A stretch of 49,524 nt of DNA from positions 1-49,524 of the forward strand of contig JAVEDJ010000012.1 of NCBI GenBank assembly GCA_030841025.1. Reading direction: 5' to 3'. The stretch is from Actinomycetota bacterium (GTDB taxonomy: Bacteria; Actinomycetota; Actinomycetes; JACCUZ01). Position numbers and translations under genes: made by a program. This document shows positions 18,197 through 28,200 of this stretch, in pieces; within the stretch, counting starts at the first letter, position 1; each line of letters starts with the position of its first letter. The notes beneath the pieces are model-generated. The model worked only from the letters and a program-made list of their open reading frames with translations, searched no databases and had not been told where the DNA came from.

Positions 18197-19360
18197 CTAG
18201 TCGCGGTGCCCTCGACCTGCTTCGACCGAGAACAGCAGGAACTGGCTGACCTGCCCCGGCATGAAGTTGTTGTCGCTGGCGATGACCAGGGCGCGCTTCC
18301 CGCCGCGCAGCCGCGGCCCGAGGGTCATGCCCTCCAGGTTGTCCAACGTCAGACCCAGGGTGGCGAGGTCGAAGGCCAGCCGCTTGCGCACGGGCCGGAG
18401 CCCCGGGACGGCTTGGAGGTCGTCGACCGGCCCCACGTCGGTGGCGCCGTACAGGCTCACGTCGTACAGCTTGATGCTGTTCCCAGCCCCGACCGAGAAC
18501 GACCGCTCCATCGACAGCAGGCGCAACCTGTCGAAGGGCAGTAGCTCGACGAGCCCGCTGACGGTGAACGCACCGGCTGGCGACGGCGGCTTCACGACCG
18601 GCGCGTTGTCGTAGACGTACTGCCGCTGCAACTGCCCGCTCCGGACGTCGTAGCGCAGCAGCCGCGACCGACTGCCGCTGGTCAACGAGGCGGCGGGACC
18701 GTCCTGCACCAGTGCGTTCTCGCCGCCGGTGAACAGCGACCGCCCGTCGGGCGTGACCGCGGCGCTCTCGAGCCCGAGGTTGTTGCGTACACCGTGGCTG
18801 TCGACGACCGGCTCGAACGCGCTGGGTACGGCGAAGTCGCGGATCGGCGAGCCGTCGAGGTTGAACTCGCGGATGAACGGCGCGATCTGCTTGCCGGGCA
18901 AGGCAAAGCCCTCGGTGGTGACGATCAGCGTGCGCCGCTTCGTGAGCGCCAGGCCTTCCGGGTCGAGTGAGCCGGCGGGGAACGGCTGGCCGTCCGGTCC
19001 GCGCAGCGTGGTCACGCCAAGAACCGTGACGTCGCCCGGCTGCAACGCCCCGTCGGCGACGTCGATCCGCAACGTGTAGAAGCGAGCACCCACCTGATCG
19101 TCCGAGAGGGCGTAGTAGACGTCACGCCGCCGGTCGTAGGTGATGCTGGACAGGCCGCCCACCGTCGTACCCGCGAAGGTTGCTCCCGCTGGCAGCGCCG
19201 CCTCCCCGCGGAACGCCAACCGCGTCGCGTGGCCATGGCGCTCGTGCGCCACGGCCGCAGGCGACAGCGAGCCGACGGAGCCGAGCACTGCCGCCACGGC
19301 CGCGCTCGCCACCACCACACCGCGCGCCGTCCGTCGGCGTGCGTCACGGGACAGGGTCAT
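18197..19360 (-). CDS. Secreted esterase-like-activity-of-phytase family protein
   Basis: The ATG has a GGAGGTGG SD. It has an Arg-rich signal peptide (MTLSRDARRRTARGVVVASAAVAAVLG). GGLSSITYDRRRDVYYALSDD and a beta-propeller-like repeat character match my recollection of the phytase-like family. Confidence 0.7.
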   Translation of the reverse strand: MTLSRDARRRTARGVVVASAAVAAVLGSVGSLSPAAVAHERHGHATRLAFRGEAALPAGATFAGTTVGGLSSITYDRRRDVYYALSDDQVGARFYTLRIDVADGALQPGDVTVLGVTTLRGPDGQPFPAGSLDPEGLALTKRRTLIVTTEGFALPGKQIAPFIREFNLDGSPIRDFAVPSAFEPVVDSHGVRNNLGLESAAVTPDGRSLFTGGENALVQDGPAASLTSGSRSRLLRYDVRSGQLQRQYVYDNAPVVKPPSPAGAFTVSGLVELLPFDRLRLLSMERSFSVGAGNSIKLYDVSLYGATDVGPVDDLQAVPGLRPVRKRLAFDLATLGLTLDNLEGMTLGPRLRGGKRALVIASDNNFMPGQVSQFLLFSVEAGRGHRD

Positions 19361-19391
19361 AGCAGGCCACCTCCGCGGTCGTTGGTCCTCG

Positions 19392-22367
19392 TCACTGCGT
19401 CCTAAGAGTCACCGGGTCGTCCAGTCGCTGGTGGACGAGGTCGACGAGCGTGTCAGATTCCGGGCCCCCGAGGTGCTGCGCCTGCAGCACACAGCTGAAC
19501 CCGTCGATGACGAGTGTCGCGTCCGTGGCGGCTTCACGCACCCGCGGCAGCCACTGATCGTTGCCGATCTGCCGCGAGAGCGACTCGTGCGACGCGTTGA
19601 AGCCGAACGACCCGGCGAGGCCGCAGCATCCGGCGTCCAGGACCGTGGCGTCGTACCCCAGCAGCTCGAGGACGTCGCGGTCCGCCGCGGTCGTGCCCGC
19701 CGCGCGCGCATGACAGTGCGGATGGACAACCGCGTTGCCGTAACGTCCGTACGACGGCGCCGCGGCAGCGAACCGCTCGGTGAAAGCCGGCATCGCCAGC
19801 AGCTGCTCGGCAGGGCTGCGCGCGAGGTTCGCGAGCTGTTGTGCGCGCGGGTCTGCCGACAACAGCGCCGGCAGCTCGTCACGGAACGACGCAAGGCAGC
19901 TCGGCTCGGGCACGACGACGGGTACGCCGGCGGCGAGGTAGGGCTCGAGCACGTCGAGCACCCCGGACAACGTCCGCCGCGCCAGCTTGAGCATGCCCAT
20001 GTCGTAGAGCGGACGCGCACAACAGCCCCAGCCGTCAGGCAGCGCCACCTTCTCACCGAGCGCATCGAGCACCTCGATGAGCCGCTCCCCCGTGTCCGGT
20101 CGGAACGCGTCGGTGAACGTGTCCGGCCAGACCACGACCGTGGCGTCGGTCCGCCCACGGCGAGCGGTGGCAGCGGCGCGACGTCGCAACGAGCGCGAAG
20201 CGAACACGGGCGGCGGTCGCTCGGTCGTCACCCCCGCGGCGCGCCGGAGCAGCCGGCCCGGGCCGCCGGAGCGCAGCACGGCGTTGGTCAACCGCGGAGC
20301 GCGCGTCCCGACTAGCGCCGCCCAGGGGATCAGCCCGAGCGCGTACATGACCGCGGGCCGCAGCCGACGCTCGTAGTAGTGCGAGAGGAACTCGGCCTTG
20401 TAGGTGGCCATGTCGACGTGCGTCGGACAGTCGACGGTGCAGCCCTTGCAGGACAGGCACAGGTCCAGCGCCTCTCGCACGTCGTCGTTGCGCCAGGACC
20501 GTTGCGTGACACCTCCCTGGAACATCTCCACGAGCAGCTTCGCGCGCCCGCGCGTCGAGTGCCGCTCGTCGCGCGTCACGCGGTACGACGGGCACATGGT
20601 GCCGATGTCGTCGCGTCGGCACCGCCCCACTCCCACACAGCGTTCGGCCGCTCGCTGCATGCTCCCCCCGTCGTCGAGGAACGAGAAGTACGACGGCTGC
20701 AGCGGGCTGTCCCGGTCATAGTCCGGGCCGAAGCGAAGGTTCGTGTCCAGCGGGAAGGGGTCCACGACCTTGCCGGGGTTCATCCGGCCGCGGGGGTCGA
20801 AGAGCGCCTTGAACTGCTGGAAGGCGGTGATGAGCTCCGGGCCGTACATGCGCTCGAGCAGCTCGCCGCGCGACTGCCCGTCACCGTGCTCCCCCGACAG
20901 CGAGCCACCCATCGACACGACGAGGTCCGCGGCCCGCTCGACGAAGGACCGGTAGGCCGCCAGGCCCTCGATCGTGTGCAGGTCGAAGTTGTTGCGGGTG
21001 TGCACGCAGCCCTGGCCGAAGTGGCCGTACCACGCGCCCGAGTAGCCGTACTCCGCCCAGAGATCACGGACGGCTCGCAGGTAGGCACCCAGCTGCTCGG
21101 GGGCGACCGCCGCGTCCTCCCAGCCCTCGAGGTTGTGCTGCCCGTCGGCCCGGATCGCTGTTGCGCCGAGGCCGGACTCCCGGACCAGCCAGACCCGACG
21201 CTGGCTCATCGCGTCGTCGTAGCGCCGCCAGGTGACGTCCGCCGGGAGTGCGTCGATCACCGACTGGGCGTGCTCGTCGGCGAGGGCCGGGTCGTCGTGG
21301 CCGACCTCCAGCAGCAGCCACCCCTTGCCCTCCGGCAGGAGCTCGAGGTGCTCGACGTTGACGTTGCGCGCGAGCATCTGGTCGGTCAGGCCGACGTCGA
21401 AACCCTCGAGCCCGAGCAGCGGGTGCGTCAGCAGGGACGGCACCGCGTCGGCCGCAACCATGATGTCGGGATAGCCGAGCACGATCAGCCGGCGGTGGGC
21501 AGGGCTGCGGACGAGACGCAGCGTCGCCTCGGTCACGACGACGCAGGTCGACTCGGTCCCGACGAGTGCCCGGGCGACGTGGAATCCCTTCTCCGGCAAC
21601 AGCTCGTCGAGGTTGTAACCGCTGACCCGCCGTGGGATGTCGGGGAACTGCTCGCGCACGAGGTCGGCGTAGCGCCGCGCGATCTCGCGGGCACCGCCGA
21701 GGACGCGGCCCGCGGTCTGCCCCGCAGCAACCGCCTTGGCGTAGCCCCCGTCGTCGTACGAACCGACCTCGAGCGTCTCGCCGCCGTAGAGCACCACCCG
21801 CAGCTGCTCGACGTTGTCGACCGTCTTGCCGGCGAACAAGGCGTGCGTGCCGCACGAGTTGTTGCCGATCATCCCGCCGATCGTGCACCAGGCGTGCGTG
21901 GCGGGGTCGGGTCCGAACGTCAGGCCGTGCTCCTCGGTGGCGCGCCGCAGGTCGTCGAGTACGACGCCTGCTTCGACCCGCGCCGTGCCCGCCTCGACGT
22001 CGATGTCGATGATGCGCGTCAGGTAGCGGCTCACGTCGACCACGACCGCGACGTTGCAGCCCTGTCCGGCCAGGCTCGTGCCCGCGCCACGGCCGAGCAC
22101 CGGCGCATCGTGCTCCGCGCAGATGCGCAGCACCGTCTCGACATCGTCGTGGTCGCGCGGGAAGACGACGCCCAGCGGTACCTGGTGGTAGTTGGACGAG
22201 TCACTGGCGTAGACGGCGCGGGTCCCGGCGTCGAAGCTGACGTCGCCCCGCACCGCGGCCCGCAGCGCACCCTCGAGGGCGACCCGGTCGGCCTCGTCGA
22301 GTCCGGAGCGGTCGACCCGCGAGCCCGCAGCGGGACGGTCGGCCCGGCTGGTCATGCCTGTCGTCAC
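19392..22367 (-). CDS. Fused FAD-binding plus (Fe-S)-binding oxidoreductase, YdiJ-like (GlcD-type and GlcF-type domains in one chain)
   Basis: 991 aa. It has an N-terminal PCMH FAD-binding and FAD-oxidase domain. It has central Cys clusters (CVGVGRCRR...CPS, CLSCKGCTVDCP) and C-terminal CCG-type repeats (GCCARP, GCCGLAGSFG). The start is GTG 22367 or ATG 22355. Confidence 0.85.
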   Translation of the reverse strand: MTTGMTSRADRPAAGSRVDRSGLDEADRVALEGALRAAVRGDVSFDAGTRAVYASDSSNYHQVPLGVVFPRDHDDVETVLRICAEHDAPVLGRGAGTSLAGQGCNVAVVVDVSRYLTRIIDIDVEAGTARVEAGVVLDDLRRATEEHGLTFGPDPATHAWCTIGGMIGNNSCGTHALFAGKTVDNVEQLRVVLYGGETLEVGSYDDGGYAKAVAAGQTAGRVLGGAREIARRYADLVREQFPDIPRRVSGYNLDELLPEKGFHVARALVGTESTCVVVTEATLRLVRSPAHRRLIVLGYPDIMVAADAVPSLLTHPLLGLEGFDVGLTDQMLARNVNVEHLELLPEGKGWLLLEVGHDDPALADEHAQSVIDALPADVTWRRYDDAMSQRRVWLVRESGLGATAIRADGQHNLEGWEDAAVAPEQLGAYLRAVRDLWAEYGYSGAWYGHFGQGCVHTRNNFDLHTIEGLAAYRSFVERAADLVVSMGGSLSGEHGDGQSRGELLERMYGPELITAFQQFKALFDPRGRMNPGKVVDPFPLDTNLRFGPDYDRDSPLQPSYFSFLDDGGSMQRAAERCVGVGRCRRDDIGTMCPSYRVTRDERHSTRGRAKLLVEMFQGGVTQRSWRNDDVREALDLCLSCKGCTVDCPTHVDMATYKAEFLSHYYERRLRPAVMYALGLIPWAALVGTRAPRLTNAVLRSGGPGRLLRRAAGVTTERPPPVFASRSLRRRAAATARRGRTDATVVVWPDTFTDAFRPDTGERLIEVLDALGEKVALPDGWGCCARPLYDMGMLKLARRTLSGVLDVLEPYLAAGVPVVVPEPSCLASFRDELPALLSADPRAQQLANLARSPAEQLLAMPAFTERFAAAAPSYGRYGNAVVHPHCHARAAGTTAADRDVLELLGYDATVLDAGCCGLAGSFGFNASHESLSRQIGNDQWLPRVREAATDATLVIDGFSCVLQAQHLGGPESDTLVDLVHQRLDDPVTLRTQ

Positions 22368-22433
22368 GGTGGTCGGCTCCCCGTCGTGTCGTCGAGACCG
22401 ACAGTCTCCACGACCCTGCCCGCGGCGAGCCAG

Positions 22434-23258
22434 CTAGGTCAGCAGGAGCTTCTCCAGCCGTCCGCCGGTGACGGCCGCTCCCAGCAGCCCGAGCGCGAGC
22501 AGCACCACGGCGTGCACGACCGATGTCCAGCCGACCGCACCGAGGGTGAGCTCACGCACGAGCGCGGCGGCGTGGTAGAGCGGCGATAGCTGGACGAGCC
22601 TCTGCAACGACTCCGGATAGACCGAGAGCGGGTAGAACGTGGCCGAGAACAGGAACATCGGCAGCGTCGCCAACGTGACGAACTCGAAGTCCTGCCAGCT
22701 GCGCATGAACGTCGTGCACGCCATGCCGACGGCCGCGAAGGCGAAGCCGATCAGGACCGTCGCCGGCAGCACGAGCACCGCCCACCACGAGCTCACCAGG
22801 CCCATCACGAGCATCACGAGGAAGAACGTCGTGGAGTAGAACGAGCCGCGCATCAGCGCCCAGCCGATCTCTCCGGCCGCGATGTCGGTCGCCGTCACCG
22901 GAGTGGCCAGCACCGAGTCGTAGAGCTTGGCGTACTTGAGCTTGAAGAAGATGTTGAACGTCGCGTCGTAGAGCGCGCCGTTCATGGCGCTCGACGCCAG
23001 CATGGCGGGCGCGATGAACGCGGTGTAGGTCACCAGCCGTCCGCCGGGCAGCTCGATGTCACCCACGAGCTGAGCGACGCCGACCCCGACCGAGAACAGG
23101 TAGAACAGCGGCTCGAACAGGCCGGAGAGCAGCACCAGCCAGCTCGCCCGGTAGACCCGCGCGTTGCGCTCGATGACGTAGCGGCCGCGGCCGGTGCCGA
23201 GCAGTCGGCGGCCCAGGCCCGGAGGCGCGACGCGCAGCGGCAGCGTCTGTGCCGTCAT
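22434..23258 (-). CDS. ABC-2 type transporter permease
   Basis: The ATG at 23258 (MTAQTLPLRV...) overlaps the stop of the upstream permease by 1 nt (TGATG). About 6 TM helices with an ABC-2 permease pattern. The ORF-track extension to 23765 is an artefact. Confidence 0.85.
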   Translation of the reverse strand: MTAQTLPLRVAPPGLGRRLLGTGRGRYVIERNARVYRASWLVLLSGLFEPLFYLFSVGVGVAQLVGDIELPGGRLVTYTAFIAPAMLASSAMNGALYDATFNIFFKLKYAKLYDSVLATPVTATDIAAGEIGWALMRGSFYSTTFFLVMLVMGLVSSWWAVLVLPATVLIGFAFAAVGMACTTFMRSWQDFEFVTLATLPMFLFSATFYPLSVYPESLQRLVQLSPLYHAAALVRELTLGAVGWTSVVHAVVLLALGLLGAAVTGGRLEKLLLT

Positions 23259-24097
23259 CAGGTCACCAGCCGTCGGTGGAAGACGCGTCGGGCGAGGAGG
23301 AACCCGGCCACGGTCCAGACGGCGGGCACGGCCAGGTGCAGCAGCGCGCTGCCAAGATGCGGATGACCCAGAGACAGGTCGCGGCAGAGCGAGACGCCGT
23401 GCCAGAGCGGCGTCACCCAGGCGACCGGCTGGAGGATGTCGGGCAGCTGCGACACCGGGAAGAACGTGCCGGAGAACAGGAACATCGGCACGATGCCGAA
23501 GCGGAACAGCATCGCAAAGCCCGCGTCGTTCTCCTGCGCGGCGGCGAACGCGAAGATCGGCGTCGCGTGCGCCATGCCGGTGAGCACAGCGACGGGCAGC
23601 GCGAGCACCGCCCACGACGAGCCGATCGCCCCGAACGCGGCCATCACGCCGAGGAAGACCGTCACGCTGATGACCAGGCGCAGCAGGACGAACAGCAGAT
23701 GGCCGGCCAGCAGATCGACGACGCGCAGTGGCGTGGCGAGCTGCGCGTGATAGGTGCGGTGCCACTTGATGGAGCCCATGACGGGATAGGTCGACTCGAA
23801 CGCTGCCGCCTGCATCGCGGTCGCCGCGAGCAGTCCGGGGGCGATGAACGCGAGGTAGCCCACGCCCGCCAGGTCGGCCGGTCCGCTGCCGTTGTCGACC
23901 AGCGTCCCCAGCCCGAGACCGATGGCCGCGAGGAAGCCGAGCGGCTCGAGGAACGTGGTGAACACGGTGCCGCGGTAAGTGCGCCGGTACTGCGCCAACC
24001 AGTAGGCAAGGGCCCGTCCGACCATCGCGATCGTGGACGGCGCGGGAGGTACGACGACGGGCGCCGCCCCCGTCGTACGGCTGAAGTTCTCGGACAT
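23258..24097 (-). CDS. ABC-2 type transporter permease
   Basis: 279 aa and polytopic. It is a paralogue of the downstream permease. Its ATG overlaps the ATPase stop by 1 nt (TGATG). Confidence 0.85.
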   Translation of the reverse strand: MSENFSRTTGAAPVVVPPAPSTIAMVGRALAYWLAQYRRTYRGTVFTTFLEPLGFLAAIGLGLGTLVDNGSGPADLAGVGYLAFIAPGLLAATAMQAAAFESTYPVMGSIKWHRTYHAQLATPLRVVDLLAGHLLFVLLRLVISVTVFLGVMAAFGAIGSSWAVLALPVAVLTGMAHATPIFAFAAAQENDAGFAMLFRFGIVPMFLFSGTFFPVSQLPDILQPVAWVTPLWHGVSLCRDLSLGHPHLGSALLHLAVPAVWTVAGFLLARRVFHRRLVT

Positions 24098-25089
24098 CAG
24101 TCGACCAACGTGCGGCCGGTCAGGCGCAGGAACACGTCTTCGAGCGTGGAACGGCGCACCAGCACCGAGGTCGCCACGATGCCCCTGCGGTGGATCACGG
24201 CGCCGGCCTCGTCACCGTCGTCGGAGTACAGGAGCACGCGGTCGGGCAGCACCTCGACCCGCTGCACCAGCGAGCCCAGCTCACCCGCGGCCACCAGCGC
24301 CTCGATCTTCTCGCCGGCCGGCTCGTTCTCGCCCGGCGGGAAGCGCAGCTCGACGACCTCGCGGGTCGACCACTCGCGGATCAGCTGCTGCGGTGAGCCC
24401 TCGGCGGCGATGCGGCCGGCATCCATGACCACCAGCCGGTCGCACAGCTGCTCGGCCTCGTCCATGTAGTGCGTGGTGAGGACGAGCGTGACGCCCTGCT
24501 GCTTGAGCCGGAACAACCGGTCCCACAGGACGTGCCGGGCCTGTGGGTCGAGCCCCGTCGTCGGCTCGTCGAGCAGCAGCAGGTCGGGCTCGTTGATCAA
24601 GGAGCGGGCGATGGTCAGCCGGCGCTTCATGCCGCCCGACAGCGGCTCGACCTTGCTGGCACCGCGCTCGGACAGCTGCACGAACTCGAGGAGCCGGTCG
24701 GCGCGCTCGGCGATCACCGCCCGGGGCAGGCCGAAGTAGCGGCCGTAGACCAGCAGGTTCTCCCGCACGGTGAGCTCGGCATCGAGGGTGTCCTCCTGCG
24801 GGACCACGCCCAGCCGCCCACGGATGCGCGGCCCCTCGGTCTGCGGGTCGAGGCCGAGCACCCGCAGCAGACCCTCGGTGACCGGCGACACACAGCCGAT
24901 CATGCGCATCGTGGAGGACTTGCCGGCCCCGTTGGGCCCGAGGAACCCGAACGCCTCGCCACGGTGGACGTCGACGTCGATGCCGTCGACGGCAGTGAAG
25001 CCCCCGAAGCGCTTCACCAGCCCCCGGGCATGGATCAGCGGGAGGTCGGCGGACACTCGAACAACCCTAGGCCGGACCCCCGACAACAT
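24097..25089 (-). CDS. ABC transporter ATP-binding protein (DrrA/NodI-like exporter ATPase)
   Basis: Walker A GPNGAGKSS, signature LSGGMKRRL and Walker B LLLLDEPTTGLD. The start is ATG 25089 (GGAGGA immediately adjacent) or GTG 25056. The remainder of the 956-aa ORF-track entry is antisense to lhr and not credible. Confidence 0.88.
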   Translation of the reverse strand: MLSGVRPRVVRVSADLPLIHARGLVKRFGGFTAVDGIDVDVHRGEAFGFLGPNGAGKSSTMRMIGCVSPVTEGLLRVLGLDPQTEGPRIRGRLGVVPQEDTLDAELTVRENLLVYGRYFGLPRAVIAERADRLLEFVQLSERGASKVEPLSGGMKRRLTIARSLINEPDLLLLDEPTTGLDPQARHVLWDRLFRLKQQGVTLVLTTHYMDEAEQLCDRLVVMDAGRIAAEGSPQQLIREWSTREVVELRFPPGENEPAGEKIEALVAAGELGSLVQRVEVLPDRVLLYSDDGDEAGAVIHRRGIVATSVLVRRSTLEDVFLRLTGRTLVD

Positions 25090-25128
25090 TCCTCCCCATT
25101 TCGCCCCGACGCTGAGCACCGACATCCA

Positions 25129-25154
25129 GCGCGGAGCGCTTTCGCGCTCGGCGC
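25129..25154. promoter_or_regulatory. 11-bp inverted repeat / GNRA-capped hairpin in the divergent ABC-lhr intergenic region
   Basis: GCGCGGAGCGC-TTTC-GCGCTCGGCGC, with 10 of 11 positions complementary. On the minus-strand RNA the loop reads GAAA. It lies 40-65 nt upstream of the ABC ATPase start. Confidence 0.45.
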
Positions 25155-25171
25155 AAGCAGCGGGCCCGGCC

Positions 25172-25194
25172 TTGTCACACCCGGCGGTCAGAAT
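25172..25194 (+). promoter_or_regulatory. RecA-NDp-like promoter element upstream of lhr
   Basis: TTGTCAcac-N8-cAGAAT, compared with the consensus tTGTCRgtg-N8-TAnnnT. The -10 element ends 3-6 nt before the GTG codons at 25198 and 25201. Confidence 0.45.
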
Positions 25195-25200
25195 GGAGTG

Positions 25201-28200
25201 GTGAGCGTGCCCGATCCCGTCGCCGCCTTCTCCCCCGCCACTCGCGCGTGGTTCGAGGGGTCCTTCCACGCGCCCACCGCCGCCCAGGTCGGCGCCTGGC
25301 AGGCCATCGGCGGCGGCGACAACGCCCTGGTGGTGGCACCTACCGGCTCCGGCAAGACGCTCGCGGCCTTCCTGTGGTCGATCGACCGGCTCGCGAGCAC
25401 GCCGCGGCCCGAGCAGGCACAGCGCCGGTGCCGCGTTCTGTACATCTCGCCGATGAAGGCGCTGGCGGTCGACGTCGAGCGCAACCTGCGTGCTCCGCTG
25501 ACCGGCATCCGGCACGCCGCCACCCGGCTGGGGCTGCCGGAGCCGGACCTCACCGTCGCGACCCGCTCGGGCGACACGCCCGCCGACGAGCGGCGCCGGT
25601 TCGGCCGCACGCCCCCCGACATCCTGATCACCACGCCCGAGTCGCTGTTCCTCTTGCTCACGTCGCAGGCGCGCGAGTCGTTGCGGGGGGTCGAGACGGT
25701 CATCGTCGACGAGGTGCACGCCGTGGCGGGCACCAAGCGCGGGGCCCACCTCGCCCTGTCGCTCGAGCGGCTGGACTCGCTGCTCGACGCACCGGCGCAG
25801 CGCATCGGGCTCTCCGCAACCGTCCGCCCGGTCGAGGAGGTTGCCCGCTTCCTCGGCGGGTCGCGTGAGGTCACCGTCGTCCAGCCGCCGTCGGCCAAGA
25901 CGGTCGAGCTCGAGGTCGTCGTCCCCGTGGAGGACATGAGCGTCCTGGGTCAGTCCACCGGGGAGGTGAGTGGCTCGGCCGCGGGCGAGGTGCAGCGCAC
26001 CTCGATCTGGCCGCACGTCGAGGAGCGCATCGTCGATCTCGTCCAGGCCCACCGGTCGACCATCGTGTTCGCGAACTCCCGGAGGCTCGCCGAGCGGCTC
26101 TGCGCCCGGCTCAACGAGATCGCCTGGGAGCGCGAACAGGGCGAGGAGCTGCCCGATCCGGGGTCGCTGCAGCCGGCTGCGCTGATGGCCCAATCGGGCA
26201 CCTCCCGCGGCGTGAGCAGTGAGATCGCCCGGGCGCACCACGGCTCTGTCTCCAAGGAGCAACGCAGCGAGATCGAAGAGGCGTTGAAGGCCGGCCGACT
26301 GCCCGCCGTCGTGGCCACCTCCTCGCTCGAGCTCGGCATCGACATGGGGGCGGTCGACCTGGTCATCCAGGTCGAGTCCCCGCCCTCGGTGGCCAGCGGG
26401 TTGCAGCGCGTCGGCCGGGCCGGCCACCAGGTGGGCGCCGTCTCGCGCGGCGTGATCTTCCCCAAGTACCGCGGCGATCTCGTGCAGAGCGCCGTCGTGG
26501 CCGAGCGGATGCGCGGCGGCGAGATCGAGGCGCTCCGTTACCCGCGCAACCCGCTCGACGTGCTCGCGCAGCAGGTCGTCGCGATGGTGGCGCTCGACCA
26601 GTGGGACGTCGAGGAGGTGTACGACGTCGTGCGCCGCGCGGCGCCGTACTCCGGGCTGCCGCGCTCCGCCTTCGAGTCGGTGCTCGACATGCTGTCCGGC
26701 CGTTACCCCTCCGACGAGTTCGCCGAGCTGCGCCCACGGCTTGTCTGGGACCGCGTCGCCGGGACGTTGACCGGACGGCCCGGCGCCCAGCGGCTGGCGG
26801 TCACCAGCGGCGGCACCATCCCTGACCGGGGCCTGTTCGGAGTTTTCCTGGTGGGTGAGAAGTCCTCCCGGGTCGGCGAGCTCGACGAGGAGATGGTCTA
26901 CGAGTCGCGGGTCGGCGACGTCTTCACTCTCGGCTCGACTGCCTGGCGCATCGAGGACATCACCCACGACCGGGTGCTCGTCTCACCGGCACCTGGCCAG
27001 CCCGGCCGGCTGCCCTTCTGGAAGGGCGATGCCCCCGGGCGGCCCGTCGAGCTCGGCCGCGCCCTGGGGGCGTTCGTCCGGGAGATCGGTGGGCTCTCCC
27101 CGGCCAAGGCACGTGCCCGCGTGATGGCGTCCGGGCTCGACGCATGGGCGGCCGACAACCTGGTGGGCTACCTCGCGGAGCAGCGCGAGGCCACCGGTCA
27201 CCTGCCCGACGACCGCACGATCGTGATCGAGCGGTTCCGCGACGAGCTCGGCGACTGGCGCATCGCCATCCACTCACCCTTCGGCGCGCAGGTGCACGCA
27301 CCGTGGGCACTGGCCGTGTCGGCGCGGCTGCGGGAGAGGTACGGCGTCGACGTACAGGCGATGCACGCCGACGACGGCATCGTGCTGCGCCTGCCCGACA
27401 CCGAGTTCACCGACGACAGCTCCGTCAACGACGGTGTCCCGCCGCAGGGCGACGTGGCGGTCTTCGCGGCCGACGAGATCGAGGAGCGGGTGACGGCCGA
27501 GGTCGGCGGATCGGCCCTGTTCGCGGCGCGGTTCCGCGAGTGCGCGGCCCGCGCGCTGCTGCTGCCCCGCCGCGACCCGGGCCGGCGTACTCCGCTGTGG
27601 CAGCAGCGTCAGCGGTCGGCACAGCTGCTGTCGGTGGCCAGCGACTACGGCTCGTTCCCGGTCGTGCTCGAGACGATGCGCGAGTGCCTGCAGGACGTCT
27701 TCGACGTCCCCGGCCTGGTGGCGCTGATGCGTGACGTCGAGGAGCGGCGCGTGCAGTTCGTCGAGGTGGAGACCCCCGAGCCCTCACCGTTCGCCCGGTC
27801 GCTGCTGTTCGGCTACGTCGCGCAGTTCCTCTACGAGGGCGACTCGCCGCTGGCCGAGCGCCGCGCCCAGGCGCTGGCCCTCGACTCCACCTTGCTGGCC
27901 GAGCTGCTGGGCCAGCAGGGCTACGGCGCGCTGCGCGAGCTGCTCGACCCCGGCACCGTCACGGCGCTCGAGCGTGACCTGCAACGGCTCTCCGACGAGC
28001 GACGTGCTCGCGAACCGGAAGGGGTCGCCGACCTGCTGCGGATCCTCGGCCCGGTCAGCACCGCCGAGGCGATCGAGCGCGGCGCGACCGCGGCCTGGCT
28101 CGCCGATCTCGAGGAGGCACGCCGGGCGATCCGGGTGCGGGTCGCCGGTGAGGAGCGCTGGGCCGCCGTCGAGGACGCCGGCCGGCTGCGCGACGCGCTC

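Noticed and set aside
22434-25089. DrrABC-like exporter as a marker of an antibiotic biosynthetic cluster or resistance island
   Set aside because: No PKS, NRPS, tailoring or regulatory genes are nearby. One-ATPase/two-ABC-2-permease units occur widely as stand-alone exporters. Substrate cannot be inferred from sequence alone.
24469-25197. N-terminal ~243 aa of the 1784-aa plus-strand ORF containing lhr
   Set aside because: It is antisense to the ABC ATPase gene. The Lhr family N-terminus (AAFSPATRAWFEGSF...APTGSGKT) begins at about 25201, and promoter-like elements lie just upstream.
25090-26967. N-terminal 625 aa of the 956-aa minus-strand ORF (24097..26967)
   Set aside because: Only the last ~330 aa are a recognisable ABC ATPase. 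The remainder is antisense to lhr, has no domain features, and would leave no promoter region for lhr.
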